Positions 24,501-35,576 of a DNA stretch of 64,000 nt are shown one piece after another (positions within the stretch are counted from its first letter, which is position 1; each line of letters starts with the position of its first letter). This DNA is from a virus (taxonomy: Duplodnaviria > Heunggongvirae > Uroviricota > Caudoviricetes), in IMG/VR virus record IMGVR_UViG_3300033066_001266, positions 22,423-86,422 of that record. One strand, given 5' to 3'. Position numbers and translations under genes: made by a program. The notes below the pieces were generated by a model. It did no database searches, was not told the DNA's origin, and worked only from the letters and a program-made list of their open reading frames with translations.

Positions 24501-26174
24501 ATGTGGAATTTAAATCAGGGTTCACCAGTTAGTGGTGTTCTACTACACGAATATAAGGCTCCAACGCTGACTAATCACGTTGACTTACCTTCTTTACTAC
24601 CATTTGCAGCTATAGGTGGACAAACTCACCTCGGAGTAAGAGACGTATATGCTCTTTCTCACAAGGAAGATCTTCCATTTATGATTGCTAACATTCAAGG
24701 TAAAACTATCGAGAATATTAATGGTGATACTTGGAGTTTCGACTTACCAAGTTTACAAGAAAATGAAACAAAACTTGTTTCAGTAGATGCAGAAGACAAA
24801 AGTAAATTAGGTTATGGTGGACAACCATTTAAGATTACTGTTACAAACGGTAGACTTGGCGGATTTGGTTCACGTATAACTCCTAACCCAATGCTTCCTT
24901 ATGCATTAGAAGTTATTGATGTTCAACGTAAACCAGGTGGTGGTCAGAATGTTCAATACTCTGTTGTATATCGTGGCAATATGAGAGGTGAAAAAAGCAT
25001 TCCTGCTAATATTCTTCAACCAAACAGCTTCCTTTACAAATTAAACGGTACTAGAAGTAAAGAATTTGGTCAAGATTATGACTCATGGGAAATAGGTGGT
25101 GGAGCAAAACGTAAGTTTTTAAGCTTCCTATCTAATTTCGAAATTCAAACTCACTATCATATGACTGACCAAGCATGTAATTTTGCTGGTGGTCGTAGAG
25201 TAGAAGACAAAGCTTGGGTTATGAATAACCTAAACTCAGTTGTAGAATACATAGGTATTAAATCACCAATGTCTCCTTCAACTAAAACTTACACAGAATT
25301 CCTTAAATCCGGTGGTTCTTCATCTCAAGATGTAATTGGATTTAAATTCTTTACGATGCTCTATGATAAAATATCAATGGGTATTCTTGAAAAAGAAATT
25401 ATAAATACAATAGTTTGGGAACCAGGTGGTTCAACAGGTAGTGATGGTTTTGATAAATCATACATTCACCCGGGTATATGGCATCAACTAGATTATTCTG
25501 GCTATAAACATATCTTCTCTATTCCTACTTTTAGCAAAGAAATTATTCTTTCTGCTATCAGAAGCTTCAGAGCTGGTAAACAAGAACCTACTACTTACGG
25601 TAATGAGGTTAGATATAAAATTAGAACTGGTAGAGCTGGTGTACAACTTCTTAACAAAGCGTTTAAAGAAGAATTCAATGCTCAAGCAAGTGGCTTACTA
25701 TTAGCTGATAAACTTGGACAATATGAAGGTACATACAAAACTGGTCTTAAAGTTTTCACTCCTTGGTATAAAGAAGTAACTATCGCTGGTCAATTCACTT
25801 TAGTTATAGAAGAAGATACTTCTCTTGATCCATATAGAGGTGATGATATTCATAATCCGCTTGTAAACGGTTATAGACTTTCTTCATATTCTATGATTAT
25901 AGAAGATTACGATACTTCTGCTTCTAATATCAGAATTCTAAGAAATCAATTTTTAGGTGGTGGTGGAATGAGAATGGAAGTTATTAATGGTACTCGTTCG
26001 CATCCGCTTTACGAAATGACCTATAACGGTATTCCTGTTCACCAAGGTTCAAACCTTAAAACTGGATTTGGAGCATTTTTCAGAGCAATCCCTGATACAG
26101 CAGTTGTATGGGATCCAACAAGACTTTTAAAACTTGTTCCAAGAAATCCAATCACAGGTGAGGCTATTCTTTAA
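24501..26174 (+). CDS. putative major capsid protein
   Basis: 557 aa, follows the scaffold-like gene; gene order only. Confidence 0.4.
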   Translation: MWNLNQGSPVSGVLLHEYKAPTLTNHVDLPSLLPFAAIGGQTHLGVRDVYALSHKEDLPFMIANIQGKTIENINGDTWSFDLPSLQENETKLVSVDAEDKSKLGYGGQPFKITVTNGRLGGFGSRITPNPMLPYALEVIDVQRKPGGGQNVQYSVVYRGNMRGEKSIPANILQPNSFLYKLNGTRSKEFGQDYDSWEIGGGAKRKFLSFLSNFEIQTHYHMTDQACNFAGGRRVEDKAWVMNNLNSVVEYIGIKSPMSPSTKTYTEFLKSGGSSSQDVIGFKFFTMLYDKISMGILEKEIINTIVWEPGGSTGSDGFDKSYIHPGIWHQLDYSGYKHIFSIPTFSKEIILSAIRSFRAGKQEPTTYGNEVRYKIRTGRAGVQLLNKAFKEEFNAQASGLLLADKLGQYEGTYKTGLKVFTPWYKEVTIAGQFTLVIEEDTSLDPYRGDDIHNPLVNGYRLSSYSMIIEDYDTSASNIRILRNQFLGGGGMRMEVINGTRSHPLYEMTYNGIPVHQGSNLKTGFGAFFRAIPDTAVVWDPTRLLKLVPRNPITGEAIL

Positions 26175-26346
26175 CCTATAAGGTTAATATTTGATACTCA
26201 TCGGTATATATCATAGCTTTGTGTGTTGTGCTTAACAACACATACTTTATCAAATTACATGCCTCTACGTGGCGATAAAGAGAAGGACTTAGTGGGATTG
26301 TACTACTGATTTACCAAATGTAATAACCAAATCAAAAAATATAAAT

Positions 26347-27297
26347 ATGAAATTTTTAATTAAAGCTATTCATTCAACAGTTCAACATGAAGGTGGTAGT
26401 CAAGTTTTTGGTACAGGAGAAAGTCCATTTGTAAATGTTACAGAAGATTTACTTGCGATACCAATTAGTAAAGATAAAGTAAAATTTACTACAGGTTTAT
26501 CAGAACAAGATATTCTTTCAAATAATGCTCTTACAGATGAAGAAAAACAAGTGTTTGTAAAAGTAGCAGAATCAGCAAGAGAAAAAGTTAAAAATGCTTA
26601 TGGTGAACATGCTATTGATCCTACAAATGAAACATTTTGGGCAGATAACAGAGCAGCTTTAAGAATTACAAATACAACATTCTCAAATGTTTACGATGAT
26701 GAAAATGTTGAAGATTTAATATTTAGAATGCAAGTTATAGGTGGTGGATTTGGCTCGATAGCCCCAACACTTGAAATTGCAGAAAGAACAGGAAAAAAAT
26801 TCTATCTTACAGGTGAAGATGAATTTACAGAAAAAAATTATGAAGAAGACTATGGTGTTAAAAGAAAAGCTGTTGCAGCACTTGATACACTTCTAGAACA
26901 AAAAGGAATAGATGCTCTTCTTTATCTTACATGGAATACAATAGATTCTAATAATGGTTTTACAAAAAATACTTCTAAACTAGTATTTGAAAAAACCTTA
27001 ATGGAATTCATAGAAGGAAAACATGTTAAGACTGGTAAAAAAGATTGTGCAAAGAAATTCTATGATAATTTTGTAGAATGGAAAAATAATAAAGAAGGCG
27101 TTATAGGTAAAGCCATTGTAAAAGCGGCTTATCATTTTGGAGAATTATATCTTGATGATGGTAAATTTAAAACTGCTAAAAGAATGACAATGCTTGGTTC
27201 AAATTTAGACGAATCGCTTAAAATTCTTTTAAAACCAGAACATACAAATGAGTTTATAGATATTAAAAAAGCAGTAGAAGAAAAACTAAATAATTAA
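26347..27297 (+). CDS. hypothetical structural protein
   Basis: 316-aa ORF in the morphogenesis module. Confidence 0.35.
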   Translation: MKFLIKAIHSTVQHEGGSQVFGTGESPFVNVTEDLLAIPISKDKVKFTTGLSEQDILSNNALTDEEKQVFVKVAESAREKVKNAYGEHAIDPTNETFWADNRAALRITNTTFSNVYDDENVEDLIFRMQVIGGGFGSIAPTLEIAERTGKKFYLTGEDEFTEKNYEEDYGVKRKAVAALDTLLEQKGIDALLYLTWNTIDSNNGFTKNTSKLVFEKTLMEFIEGKHVKTGKKDCAKKFYDNFVEWKNNKEGVIGKAIVKAAYHFGELYLDDGKFKTAKRMTMLGSNLDESLKILLKPEHTNEFIDIKKAVEEKLNN

Positions 27298-27299
27298 GA

Positions 27300-27974
27300 A
27301 TGACTTCTGGTATAGCAATAGAAAGAATAAAGCAAAGGATTCAAAAGCAAGATACCAATTTTAATTCTAATATTTTAGATGAGGAATATGAAGATGCTCT
27401 TAATAAAGGAGTTAACGATTGGGTAAGAAGACAACATCACGGATTTAATCAATTTAAAGAAAGTGATGAACAATCAGAACAAAGAGTAGATGATCTTCAA
27501 ATTCTTCTAACAGATAGAAAAATGTCTGTGACAAATAGAGGAATATTTTCAGAAACTGTTAAGATTCCCGCTGACTACAGATATTATAAAAGATTATCAC
27601 CAGTAGTTTCTAAGGAAAATTGTAAAAAAGTAAGTATAAAATCTTATTTTGTTGAAGAGTCAAACGTAGACGATTATTTAAAAGATTGGACTTTTCAACC
27701 CTCTTTTGATTTTGAAGAGACATTTCATACAATGCTCTCCAATAAATTTAGAGTTTATCATAATAATGATTTTACAGTAGAAGAAGTTGTTTTAACATAC
27801 TATAGAAATCCTGCTAAAATATCCTGTTTAAAATCAGATTACGATAAAGTGTGGGAGTGGAAAGAAGATGTAGCAGAACAAATAATAAATGAAGCAGTTA
27901 AAATTTTAGCTGGAGATATTGAAAATACAAACGCTTACGAAATAGCAAATACAAAACAAGAAACAGATAATTAA
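27300..27974 (+). CDS. hypothetical structural protein
   Basis: 224-aa ORF. Confidence 0.35.
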   Translation: MTSGIAIERIKQRIQKQDTNFNSNILDEEYEDALNKGVNDWVRRQHHGFNQFKESDEQSEQRVDDLQILLTDRKMSVTNRGIFSETVKIPADYRYYKRLSPVVSKENCKKVSIKSYFVEESNVDDYLKDWTFQPSFDFEETFHTMLSNKFRVYHNNDFTVEEVVLTYYRNPAKISCLKSDYDKVWEWKEDVAEQIINEAVKILAGDIENTNAYEIANTKQETDN

Positions 27975-28003
27975 TAATTTAATAACAAAAAGTAAATAAA
28001 AAC

Positions 28004-30265
28004 ATGAATAATCATCGTTTTCCAGTTCCATTGTTTCCTGTAACAGGAAAAGTTCTTAATGGAGCAAATGGCCCAACAGCATTCGGAGATCTTTACGATC
28101 TTGCAGGTAGTGTATCAGTAGGGTTATATGACGCAGATACGAACTATATTGCTACAGCTAGTGGCAATGGTAAAGTGTTCTACATAGGGTATAGCTCTGA
28201 ACACACTAAAGATTTCCTTGACAAATGGATGTTTGGAATGCAACTACCAAAAGGTGGTGCTTCTGGATGGCAGTTTAAAGGAGAAGATGTAATTAAGTTT
28301 GAATATTCAGATCCAGTTAAAGTGAAAGCTGAAAAATGGGTTCTTGGATATAATGGAACAGAAGGTTGTAATGAAACTATACCTACTTTCGAGTGTGGTA
28401 AAGTTTACGGTGTTCGTATCGTAGCTTCTGGTTCACCAGTATTCAGACGTTGGGCGAAACTTTTAGAGCATGAAATCTTTACAGATCCAATCTGTTGCGG
28501 TACAGATAATTGTACTTCAGGTTGTGTTGATGATAGAGTAGATTGTGAAGGTGTTGTAAGAACACTTGCAGAAAGAATTAACAACCATAATGAACTACAA
28601 CAAATAGGTGTTAAGGCAAGATATCTAACAAATGATTATGCTGCACCATCAATGACTATTAACAAATATACATTGACTGCATATGATGATAACAGTAATA
28701 AAGCTCTTGGAGCAGTTCAACTTCAAGTTGGTACTTTAGGAGTAGTTACAAGAAAATCTTACAATAGCGATACTGCAACTTCAGTTTACGAATATTTCGG
28801 TACTGTAGCAGCATCAGATTTTGTACCGGCAGTTAGCTTTGCAATAGCTACTTGTGATGTGTGTCCAGCAGGATATACAACAGTTCCTTCAAATGATGTT
28901 TATAGAGTATCTCGTCCTTTAGCAGGAACAGAAGATCTTTCTACATCAGGTGCAAGACAAACATTTGCTGATACAATTGGTACAGCTTATGAAACAGCTA
29001 CAAAAGCAACCTTTAATGGTACTGTAACAGGTGTTGACGTTACAGCAAATACAATAACCGATGCAGATTTTGCAACATTTGAAACAGGTGATAAAGTAAC
29101 TTATTCAAATGGTGGTGGTACTTCAATCACTGGTATTACTACAGCTACAGATTACTTTGTAATCAAAGTTAGCTCTACTGTAGTTAAATTAGCTACAACT
29201 TATGCTAACGCATTAGCTGGCACAGCAATTGATTTAACAGTAGTTGGTGTAGGTACAACTCACAGCTTAACTCCAGTTATCACAGCAACTTTCCAAGCTC
29301 AGGCTAATGGAAATGCAATAGTAGAATTAAGCACTCCTTCAGGAGTTGAATTAACTGCTCTTTTAAGTGATTCTGTTACTTTAACAGAAGAACAAGATAC
29401 TTTCTGTACTCCAGCCGCAGCTACTCCGATAGCTTGGGTTACTACAGCAGGTGTTGGATATAGATCAACAAGAAGTCTTTGTATTTCTTTAGAAAGAAAA
29501 GATTGTGATGGTGGTGATAGACTTACAGAATTACAAGCATTTTATGCAAATAATCCACTATATGTTGCTTCTTCACTAGCTTTAGTAGCAGGTGATGATT
29601 GCAGAGATTCTTACACATTATCTCAATATGCAGATGGCTACTCAACTGATGGTTGTTTAAGCTCAGATACACCAGTATTCTCTGAATTTGGTGGATATGA
29701 TAATGCTCTTTGGGAAGTAGTTCCTGCAGCAACAGTTGCTTTTGATGAAGATAAAAGATGTGGTCTTGAAATCTCAGCAGTAATTCCAGAAAAATATTAT
29801 AGCGATTGTGCTATGGAATTGAATGACTATTGGGAAGATGAACCAATTCGTTTAGAAGTATCATGGATTCATGATAGCTACACAGGATTCCCAGAAGGTT
29901 GTGTAACTGAATTCCCTGCAGCAAAACGTACTCAAGTTGGTGCAGTTGCAAATCAAAGTGGTGAGTGGTTACTTAGAGAATATATTAAAGCAGGTGCTTA
30001 CGAAAATTTCTCTAACGATTATGATAGTCCACGTATGAGAGAAATCTTAGACAGCAATAGAAGACAACAAATTGATAGAAAAGCATTCTACAGAATTTAT
30101 TTCCTACAAGCAAATGTCTTCCGTAAAGCTCATAATTTTGGACAACATCCTGAAACTTTTGAAGCAATGATTGCCTTCAAAGAAGGAGATCCAAAAGCCG
30201 CTGAATTTGAATTAGCATTTGGTTCAGTATTATCGAAATTCGATATATCTTTGAAAAAAAGATAA
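28004..30265 (+). CDS. major structural protein (capsid or tail sheath/tube candidate)
   Basis: 753 aa, T/A/G/V-rich; followed by a strong terminator (30287-30325), suggesting high expression. Confidence 0.4.
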   Translation: MNNHRFPVPLFPVTGKVLNGANGPTAFGDLYDLAGSVSVGLYDADTNYIATASGNGKVFYIGYSSEHTKDFLDKWMFGMQLPKGGASGWQFKGEDVIKFEYSDPVKVKAEKWVLGYNGTEGCNETIPTFECGKVYGVRIVASGSPVFRRWAKLLEHEIFTDPICCGTDNCTSGCVDDRVDCEGVVRTLAERINNHNELQQIGVKARYLTNDYAAPSMTINKYTLTAYDDNSNKALGAVQLQVGTLGVVTRKSYNSDTATSVYEYFGTVAASDFVPAVSFAIATCDVCPAGYTTVPSNDVYRVSRPLAGTEDLSTSGARQTFADTIGTAYETATKATFNGTVTGVDVTANTITDADFATFETGDKVTYSNGGGTSITGITTATDYFVIKVSSTVVKLATTYANALAGTAIDLTVVGVGTTHSLTPVITATFQAQANGNAIVELSTPSGVELTALLSDSVTLTEEQDTFCTPAAATPIAWVTTAGVGYRSTRSLCISLERKDCDGGDRLTELQAFYANNPLYVASSLALVAGDDCRDSYTLSQYADGYSTDGCLSSDTPVFSEFGGYDNALWEVVPAATVAFDEDKRCGLEISAVIPEKYYSDCAMELNDYWEDEPIRLEVSWIHDSYTGFPEGCVTEFPAAKRTQVGAVANQSGEWLLREYIKAGAYENFSNDYDSPRMREILDSNRRQQIDRKAFYRIYFLQANVFRKAHNFGQHPETFEAMIAFKEGDPKAAEFELAFGSVLSKFDISLKKR

Positions 30266-30286
30266 TTTAATACGGATATAAAATTA

Positions 30287-30325
30287 AAAGCCAGTAGAGC
30301 AGATTTGTCTCTGCTGGCTTTTTCA
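30287..30325. terminator. strong, symmetric (potentially bidirectional) rho-independent terminator
   Basis: aaaagccag...ctggcttttt with an inner stem agagcag/ctgctct; A-run on one side and T-run on the other. Confidence 0.6.
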
Positions 30326-30333
30326 TTAAAATT

Positions 30334-30894
30334 ATGCACCAATTAGATATAATATATCATAATACATACAATTGTAAATCTTTAAAAATAGAAGATAATT
30401 CTATCTATGATGAAGATTTAGATGTTGATAACCCAATATTAGAAGTTAAACCACCAGGTTTGCTTGCTTATATACCTTTTTATTTTCCAAATAAAAAATG
30501 GAAATCAATTACACTTAATTGTGCTACATTAAAATTGTGTTGCACAAAACAACCTTGTAAATTAACAGAAATACCGGATGGAGTTTACGATATTAAATAC
30601 TCTATAAATCCCAACTTAGAGACAATGATTGAGTTCTCTCACATGAGAACATGTAAAATAATGTCTAATTATACAAAATTAATAGGGCTTTATTTTTCAA
30701 GTAAACACAACCGCTCTATTAAAGATAATGATAGTATTGAAAAAGAATTACTATCTATAAGAGATATAATAGATGGTTCTATATACTCTGTTGAAGAATT
30801 GTTAGATACAGGTTTAGGTATAGAAATGTATGAAGAAGCCTTAAAAAGAATAAAGAAACTTAATGATGGAAACTTTACAAGCTGTTGTAAATAG
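30334..30894 (+). CDS. hypothetical protein
   Basis: 186-aa ORF, several Cys. Confidence 0.3.
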   Translation: MHQLDIIYHNTYNCKSLKIEDNSIYDEDLDVDNPILEVKPPGLLAYIPFYFPNKKWKSITLNCATLKLCCTKQPCKLTEIPDGVYDIKYSINPNLETMIEFSHMRTCKIMSNYTKLIGLYFSSKHNRSIKDNDSIEKELLSIRDIIDGSIYSVEELLDTGLGIEMYEEALKRIKKLNDGNFTSCCK

Positions 30895-31198
30895 ATTAAA
30901 AGTAGATTTTTCTAAAAAAATCGAAGCTGATATCATATTTGATAATTATGGTATAAAATCCTGTGTACAAGATGGCTTTAAAGGATTTAATTTTAAGAAA
31001 TTAGAAATAATATTCCTTTCAAATTTATGTTACTTAAACTTAAAGGAAAATCAAATAAAAAAAATATTAGTTGGTAATTATAAAGATCTCCTGAAGAAAA
31101 AAGTTTGTCCATTAGATGCAGATGATATTGAATTAGAACAACCAGTAATAGTAAATAATTATTTTGAAGGTAATAATTGGGATAAAACCGATTGGTAA
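30863..31198 (+). CDS. hypothetical protein
   Basis: 111-aa ORF. Confidence 0.3.
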   Translation: MMETLQAVVNRLKVDFSKKIEADIIFDNYGIKSCVQDGFKGFNFKKLEIIFLSNLCYLNLKENQIKKILVGNYKDLLKKKVCPLDADDIELEQPVIVNNYFEGNNWDKTDW

Positions 31199-34100
31199 TA
31201 ATGGAATGTATAGAAATTAAAGATTTTAAAGTAAATGTTTTACCTACAAAAGGAGAGCCAAATTCGAGATATTATGTTTTAAAAGATAATGGTGATATTG
31301 AAGTATATATAACCGATAAAAAAGGTAATTATCACGCAGTTGGATCAAATGGTACATCAGGTATAAACGGAACTTCAGGAACCTCTGGAAACAGTGGAAC
31401 TTCTGGAGTTTCTGGCATTGATGGAACCTCTGGAACAACAGGAACTAGTGGTACTTCAGGTACAGCTGGTTCTTCTGGTATAAATGGTACAAGCGGTTCA
31501 AGTGGAATTAATGGAACTTCAGGTATATCAGGAACAAGTGGTACAGCTGGAACTTCTGGAACAACTGGAACTTCAGGAACTACAAGTATTGATGGTACTT
31601 CAGGAAGTTCTGGTATTAACGGAACAAGCGGAATTAATGGAACTTCTGGTACAACTGGAACAAGTGGTACATCAGGTGCTCAAGGTATTCCGGGCCAAGA
31701 TGGTCAAGATGGTGCTGATGGTATTAATGGTTTATTGCCACAAGATTTAGATAGATATGCTTGGCTTTTAAATGGTAATAATGGAGTAACATCTTCTAAT
31801 TTCTTAGGTACTACTGATGCACAAGGATTAATGGGTAAGGTTAACTCTGTAAAAGCACTATGGATAAGTGGTGGTGTAAATACAGGTAATCCTTGGGATA
31901 ATGGTGGTGATGTACATATAGGTAAAGGAGCTGGGTTTACTCAAGGAACTTCCAATGGAGAAAATGTTTTAATTGGAAAATCAGTTGCTTATTATGGTAC
32001 AGGAGTAACTGCTTCTGTAATGATTGGGCATGGTGCAGGTGCTTTATCTACTATTGGTTCCGACCCATCTGGAATGAGAACTGCTATCGTTGGCTATTAT
32101 TCTAACTTCTGGAATATGACGGGTTCTGATAATGCTACATTAGGTGCATTTACAATGGAAAAAGGAGTAACTGCAAAAAATTCAGTCGCCGTAGGAAGAG
32201 ATGCCTTTCGTTCAATAAGAGATGGTGAAGGTAATGTTGGTGTTGGCTTATTTGCAGGGGTTAATTCCTCAACAGGAATAAGGGCTATTGCAGTTACAGC
32301 AGGTGGTTCTGGATATACAACTGCAACTGTTACCATATCAGCACCCTATGGAACTGTAAGCCCCGGTGTGTGTTGGGCAAATGCTACGGCTACGGCTACT
32401 ATTAGCGGAGGTGCAATTACTGCTATTACTATTACGAATCCCGGTTGCGGCTACAATAGCATATCAGGTAGTTATACAACAGGTGGAGGAGGTGATGTAG
32501 TGACAGCAGGTGCAACCGTAACAATTACAGGAGATGGAACAGGTGCAACTGCCACAGCCACCATACAAGATGCTTCTTTTAATACTTATGTAGGAGGGGC
32601 AGCGGGCTATCAAAATAGGTTAAGTAAATGGATAACAGCAGCAGGTTACCTTTCTGCGAGTTCGGTAAGATATTGGGATGAATATTGCTCTTTCTTTGGT
32701 TACGGTGCAGATATTGATGCATCCGTTTCATCATCAACACTTGTAACTAATGCTACTGCCATTGGTAAAAACGCTAAAGTTTCAACATCTAATTCAATCG
32801 TATTAGGAGGAACGGGGTCTGATTTAGTGAATGTAGGTATCGGATTAATTAATCCAGCGTACCGACTTGATATAACAGGCAACCAGCGATTAACAGGAGT
32901 ATTAGGAATTGGTACTACTCCCGGAACTGCTCCTATAACGATTGCCTATACAGCAGCGGATGATATTATAGCCGCAACTGGTAGTGTAAATTCTTTTCAA
33001 AGAATTGGCATAACTAATACTAATAGTGGTGTAAGTGCTTCTGCCGGATTATTACTAACCAATAATTCAGGAAACAATGGCGTATTAAGGATGAATGGTT
33101 CTGCTTTTAATAGTGGGGGTGAATTATCTAATGAGTTAGCCTTACGTTCTTTTAGCACAGATATATCATACTATACACCAAGTACATCAAGCCATAAGTT
33201 TTACACCGTTGCTGCCTCAACAAGAACTGAAAGATTTAGTGTTGGAGCAACTAATGTAACAGCAAGTGGTGAAATAGATTTTACTTCTTATGGTGTAGGA
33301 ACTTATACAGGAACAGCAACTTATGGTTTAGCTGTTACAGCAGCAGGTAAAGTAATTGAAGTTGCAGCAAGCACTTCAGGAGCATCAGGGACTTCAGGTA
33401 CATCTGGAGTTAGCGGAACAAGTGGAGTGTCAGGTACATCTGGTGTTTCAGGAACAAGTGGAGTAAGTGGAACTTCTGGAGTAAACGGAACATCTGGAAC
33501 ATCGGGTGCAAATGGAACTTCAGGTGTCAACGGAACATCTGGCGTTAATGGTACTTCAGGAGTGTCTGGAACTTCTGGGGTATCGGGAACATCGGGAGTA
33601 AGTGGTACAAGTGGCATAAACGGTACTTCTGGAACTACAGGTACAAGTGGTACATCTGGTTCGAGTGGAATGAATGGTATTCACGGAAATGATGGTAATG
33701 ATGGAAATGATGGTATAAACGGTACATCAGGTACATCTGGAGCAAATGGAGCATCAGGAACAAGTGGCGTTAGTGGTACATCAGGTGTTAGTGGAACAAG
33801 TGGTAGCTCTGGAGCATCAGGAACATCTGGTACATCACCAGCAGTTCCGGGTTCAAACAAACAAGTTATATATAATAATAGTGGAGCATTTGGAGGAGCT
33901 GCTGGATTTGAATATCAAGCAGGAGCTTCGCCAAATATAATGATAACAGGGCAAGGAAATAGCTATGTTCCCCTAATTGTTACAGGAAATGGAAGTACAC
34001 AAACAGCTGATCTATTTAGAGTGGATAGATATGATAGTGTTGATATGCTTAGTGTATCTTCTACAGGATCTGTTACTCTCGGCCCTTCCTATGATTATAC

Positions 34101-34899
34101 AAATGCAAAACATGCAGCAGGACATATAGTAAGATATGCAAATTCAGGATATACTGGTGGACTAAAACTACAGAATTTAACCAGCGGTTCAGTAGTAAGA
34201 CTTCACTCTTTTAATAATGGTTTATATTTAACCGATGATTCTGGAGCAGCTACAACTCTAACATTAGGAACAAGAGTGAATCCAGGGGATGGCACAAACT
34301 TTACTGCTTCATCAGGTAGATGGATTATTGAAGCAGGAGGATTTGCTGTAAATAATACTACATGGACAGGATATGCACAAGCTGAAATGTATAGCACTGC
34401 ATTACCTCAACTTGGTTTGATGTATAATACATCAAACTATTTCTTAACTACTGTAGGTTCAACAGGAGGTGTTACATTTAATGCTGTAGGTAGTGGTGCA
34501 GGATTCACATTTAGTGATCCTACTACTATGTCTGATCTTGCAGGTACAGGAAGTCGTGCAGTATTAGCAGATGCAGCAGGTTTATTATCAGCTCCTGTGA
34601 GTGATTTAACAGTTAAAGAAAATATCAATGACTTAGAAGATGGTATTGATAAAATAATGAAACTTCGTCCTGTTTCATTTGAATATAAGGATGAATGGAA
34701 AAATTATGGACAAGGAGAACAAATAGGATTTATAGCTCAGGAAGTTGAAAAAGTTTTACCTAATTCAACATTTACAACACCTACTACAGGTAAAATGGGA
34801 TATAATGAAATTGATATTGTACCAATTTTAGTAAAAGCAATACAAGAACAACAAAAACAGATTGAAGAATTAAAAAATACAATTAAAAATTTAAAATAA
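31192..34899 (+). CDS. tail fibre protein with collagen-like (Gly-Thr-Ser) triple-helix repeats and C-terminal S74 intramolecular chaperone (auto-proteolytic) domain
   Basis: Two long (G-T-S/G-x-N)n blocks. C-terminus ENINDLEDGIDKIMKLRPVSFEYKDE...GFIAQEVEKVLP matches the endosialidase-type intramolecular chaperone domain. Confidence 0.75.
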   Translation: MVIMECIEIKDFKVNVLPTKGEPNSRYYVLKDNGDIEVYITDKKGNYHAVGSNGTSGINGTSGTSGNSGTSGVSGIDGTSGTTGTSGTSGTAGSSGINGTSGSSGINGTSGISGTSGTAGTSGTTGTSGTTSIDGTSGSSGINGTSGINGTSGTTGTSGTSGAQGIPGQDGQDGADGINGLLPQDLDRYAWLLNGNNGVTSSNFLGTTDAQGLMGKVNSVKALWISGGVNTGNPWDNGGDVHIGKGAGFTQGTSNGENVLIGKSVAYYGTGVTASVMIGHGAGALSTIGSDPSGMRTAIVGYYSNFWNMTGSDNATLGAFTMEKGVTAKNSVAVGRDAFRSIRDGEGNVGVGLFAGVNSSTGIRAIAVTAGGSGYTTATVTISAPYGTVSPGVCWANATATATISGGAITAITITNPGCGYNSISGSYTTGGGGDVVTAGATVTITGDGTGATATATIQDASFNTYVGGAAGYQNRLSKWITAAGYLSASSVRYWDEYCSFFGYGADIDASVSSSTLVTNATAIGKNAKVSTSNSIVLGGTGSDLVNVGIGLINPAYRLDITGNQRLTGVLGIGTTPGTAPITIAYTAADDIIAATGSVNSFQRIGITNTNSGVSASAGLLLTNNSGNNGVLRMNGSAFNSGGELSNELALRSFSTDISYYTPSTSSHKFYTVAASTRTERFSVGATNVTASGEIDFTSYGVGTYTGTATYGLAVTAAGKVIEVAASTSGASGTSGTSGVSGTSGVSGTSGVSGTSGVSGTSGVNGTSGTSGANGTSGVNGTSGVNGTSGVSGTSGVSGTSGVSGTSGINGTSGTTGTSGTSGSSGMNGIHGNDGNDGNDGINGTSGTSGANGASGTSGVSGTSGVSGTSGSSGASGTSGTSPAVPGSNKQVIYNNSGAFGGAAGFEYQAGASPNIMITGQGNSYVPLIVTGNGSTQTADLFRVDRYDSVDMLSVSSTGSVTLGPSYDYTNAKHAAGHIVRYANSGYTGGLKLQNLTSGSVVRLHSFNNGLYLTDDSGAATTLTLGTRVNPGDGTNFTASSGRWIIEAGGFAVNNTTWTGYAQAEMYSTALPQLGLMYNTSNYFLTTVGSTGGVTFNAVGSGAGFTFSDPTTMSDLAGTGSRAVLADAAGLLSAPVSDLTVKENINDLEDGIDKIMKLRPVSFEYKDEWKNYGQGEQIGFIAQEVEKVLPNSTFTTPTTGKMGYNEIDIVPILVKAIQEQQKQIEELKNTIKNLK
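31345..31720 (+). repeat. tandem 9-bp (GXY-codon) repeats encoding collagen-like block 1
   Basis: ggaacttctggaaca-type periodicity visible in the DNA. Confidence 0.7.
33365..33840 (+). repeat. tandem 9-bp repeats encoding collagen-like block 2
   Basis: (GTSGVSG)n coding repeats. Confidence 0.7.
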
Positions 34900-34911
34900 A
34901 AACAAAACAAT

Positions 34912-35250
34912 ATGCCACAAGGAACAATTAAAAGAATAGGACCGTTAGCCCTAACAAGTACACTAACAACGAATGTGTATAACAATACATCTGCGTTGGT
35001 TTACGATATTTTAAAACAGATAGATATTGTAAATAAAACAGCTTCAGCAGCAACTTTTACTCTGTATATTGGAGCAACAGGTGCTAATACAGCAGGAACA
35101 GAATTAGCAGTAGCGGTATCAGTACCAGCTAATAGTATTTACACATTCTATCCAAATAAGAAGTTGGTTTCAACGGATTTCTTAGTAGGTGGAGCAAGTG
35201 CAAACACTACGCTTACGTTTTTAGCTACAACTGAACAATTTGTAGTATAA
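34912..35250 (+). CDS. hypothetical protein (possible fibre accessory)
   Basis: 112-aa ORF downstream of the fibre gene. Confidence 0.35.
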   Translation: MPQGTIKRIGPLALTSTLTTNVYNNTSALVYDILKQIDIVNKTASAATFTLYIGATGANTAGTELAVAVSVPANSIYTFYPNKKLVSTDFLVGGASANTTLTFLATTEQFVV

Positions 35251-35297
35251 TTAATTGTTTAGTCAATACTTAACTGTTACGACAGAACGGGAAAGTA

Positions 35298-35540
35298 TTG
35301 ATTAAACTTAAAAATAAAGATATGACACCACAAGAAATAGAAGCAAAAGTTAAAAAAATTTTAAAGCAACTATGTTGCAGTACAACTCAAGGCTTATTAT
35401 TACCCAGAATGACTAAAGTTGAAAGAGATGCTATAGTTACTCCTGTAGCTGGATTAGCAGTTTATCAAACAGATAATACACCAGGACTTAGAGTTTACAA
35501 CGGAGTAAATTGGATGAAGTATACAGAAACTGCAGATTAA
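35298..35540 (+). CDS. hypothetical protein
   Basis: 80-aa ORF. Confidence 0.3.
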   Translation: MIKLKNKDMTPQEIEAKVKKILKQLCCSTTQGLLLPRMTKVERDAIVTPVAGLAVYQTDNTPGLRVYNGVNWMKYTETAD

Positions 35541-35564
35541 GTTGATTTTAACAATATTTTTGTT

Positions 35565-35572
35565 TATTTTTG
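35565..35572 (+). promoter_or_regulatory. -7-like box TATTTTTG, 5 nt before ATG 35577
   Basis: TAnnTTTG match; no clear -33 element. Confidence 0.3.
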
Positions 35573-35576
35573 TATA

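Noticed and set aside
31244-34985. Multiple minus- and plus-strand ORFs inside the tail-fibre gene (e.g. 31484-31750 +, 33321-33617 -, 33746-33940 +)
   Set aside because: They are alternative-frame readings of the GXY codon repeats (poly-PDV, poly-VEL and similar) and have no independent support.
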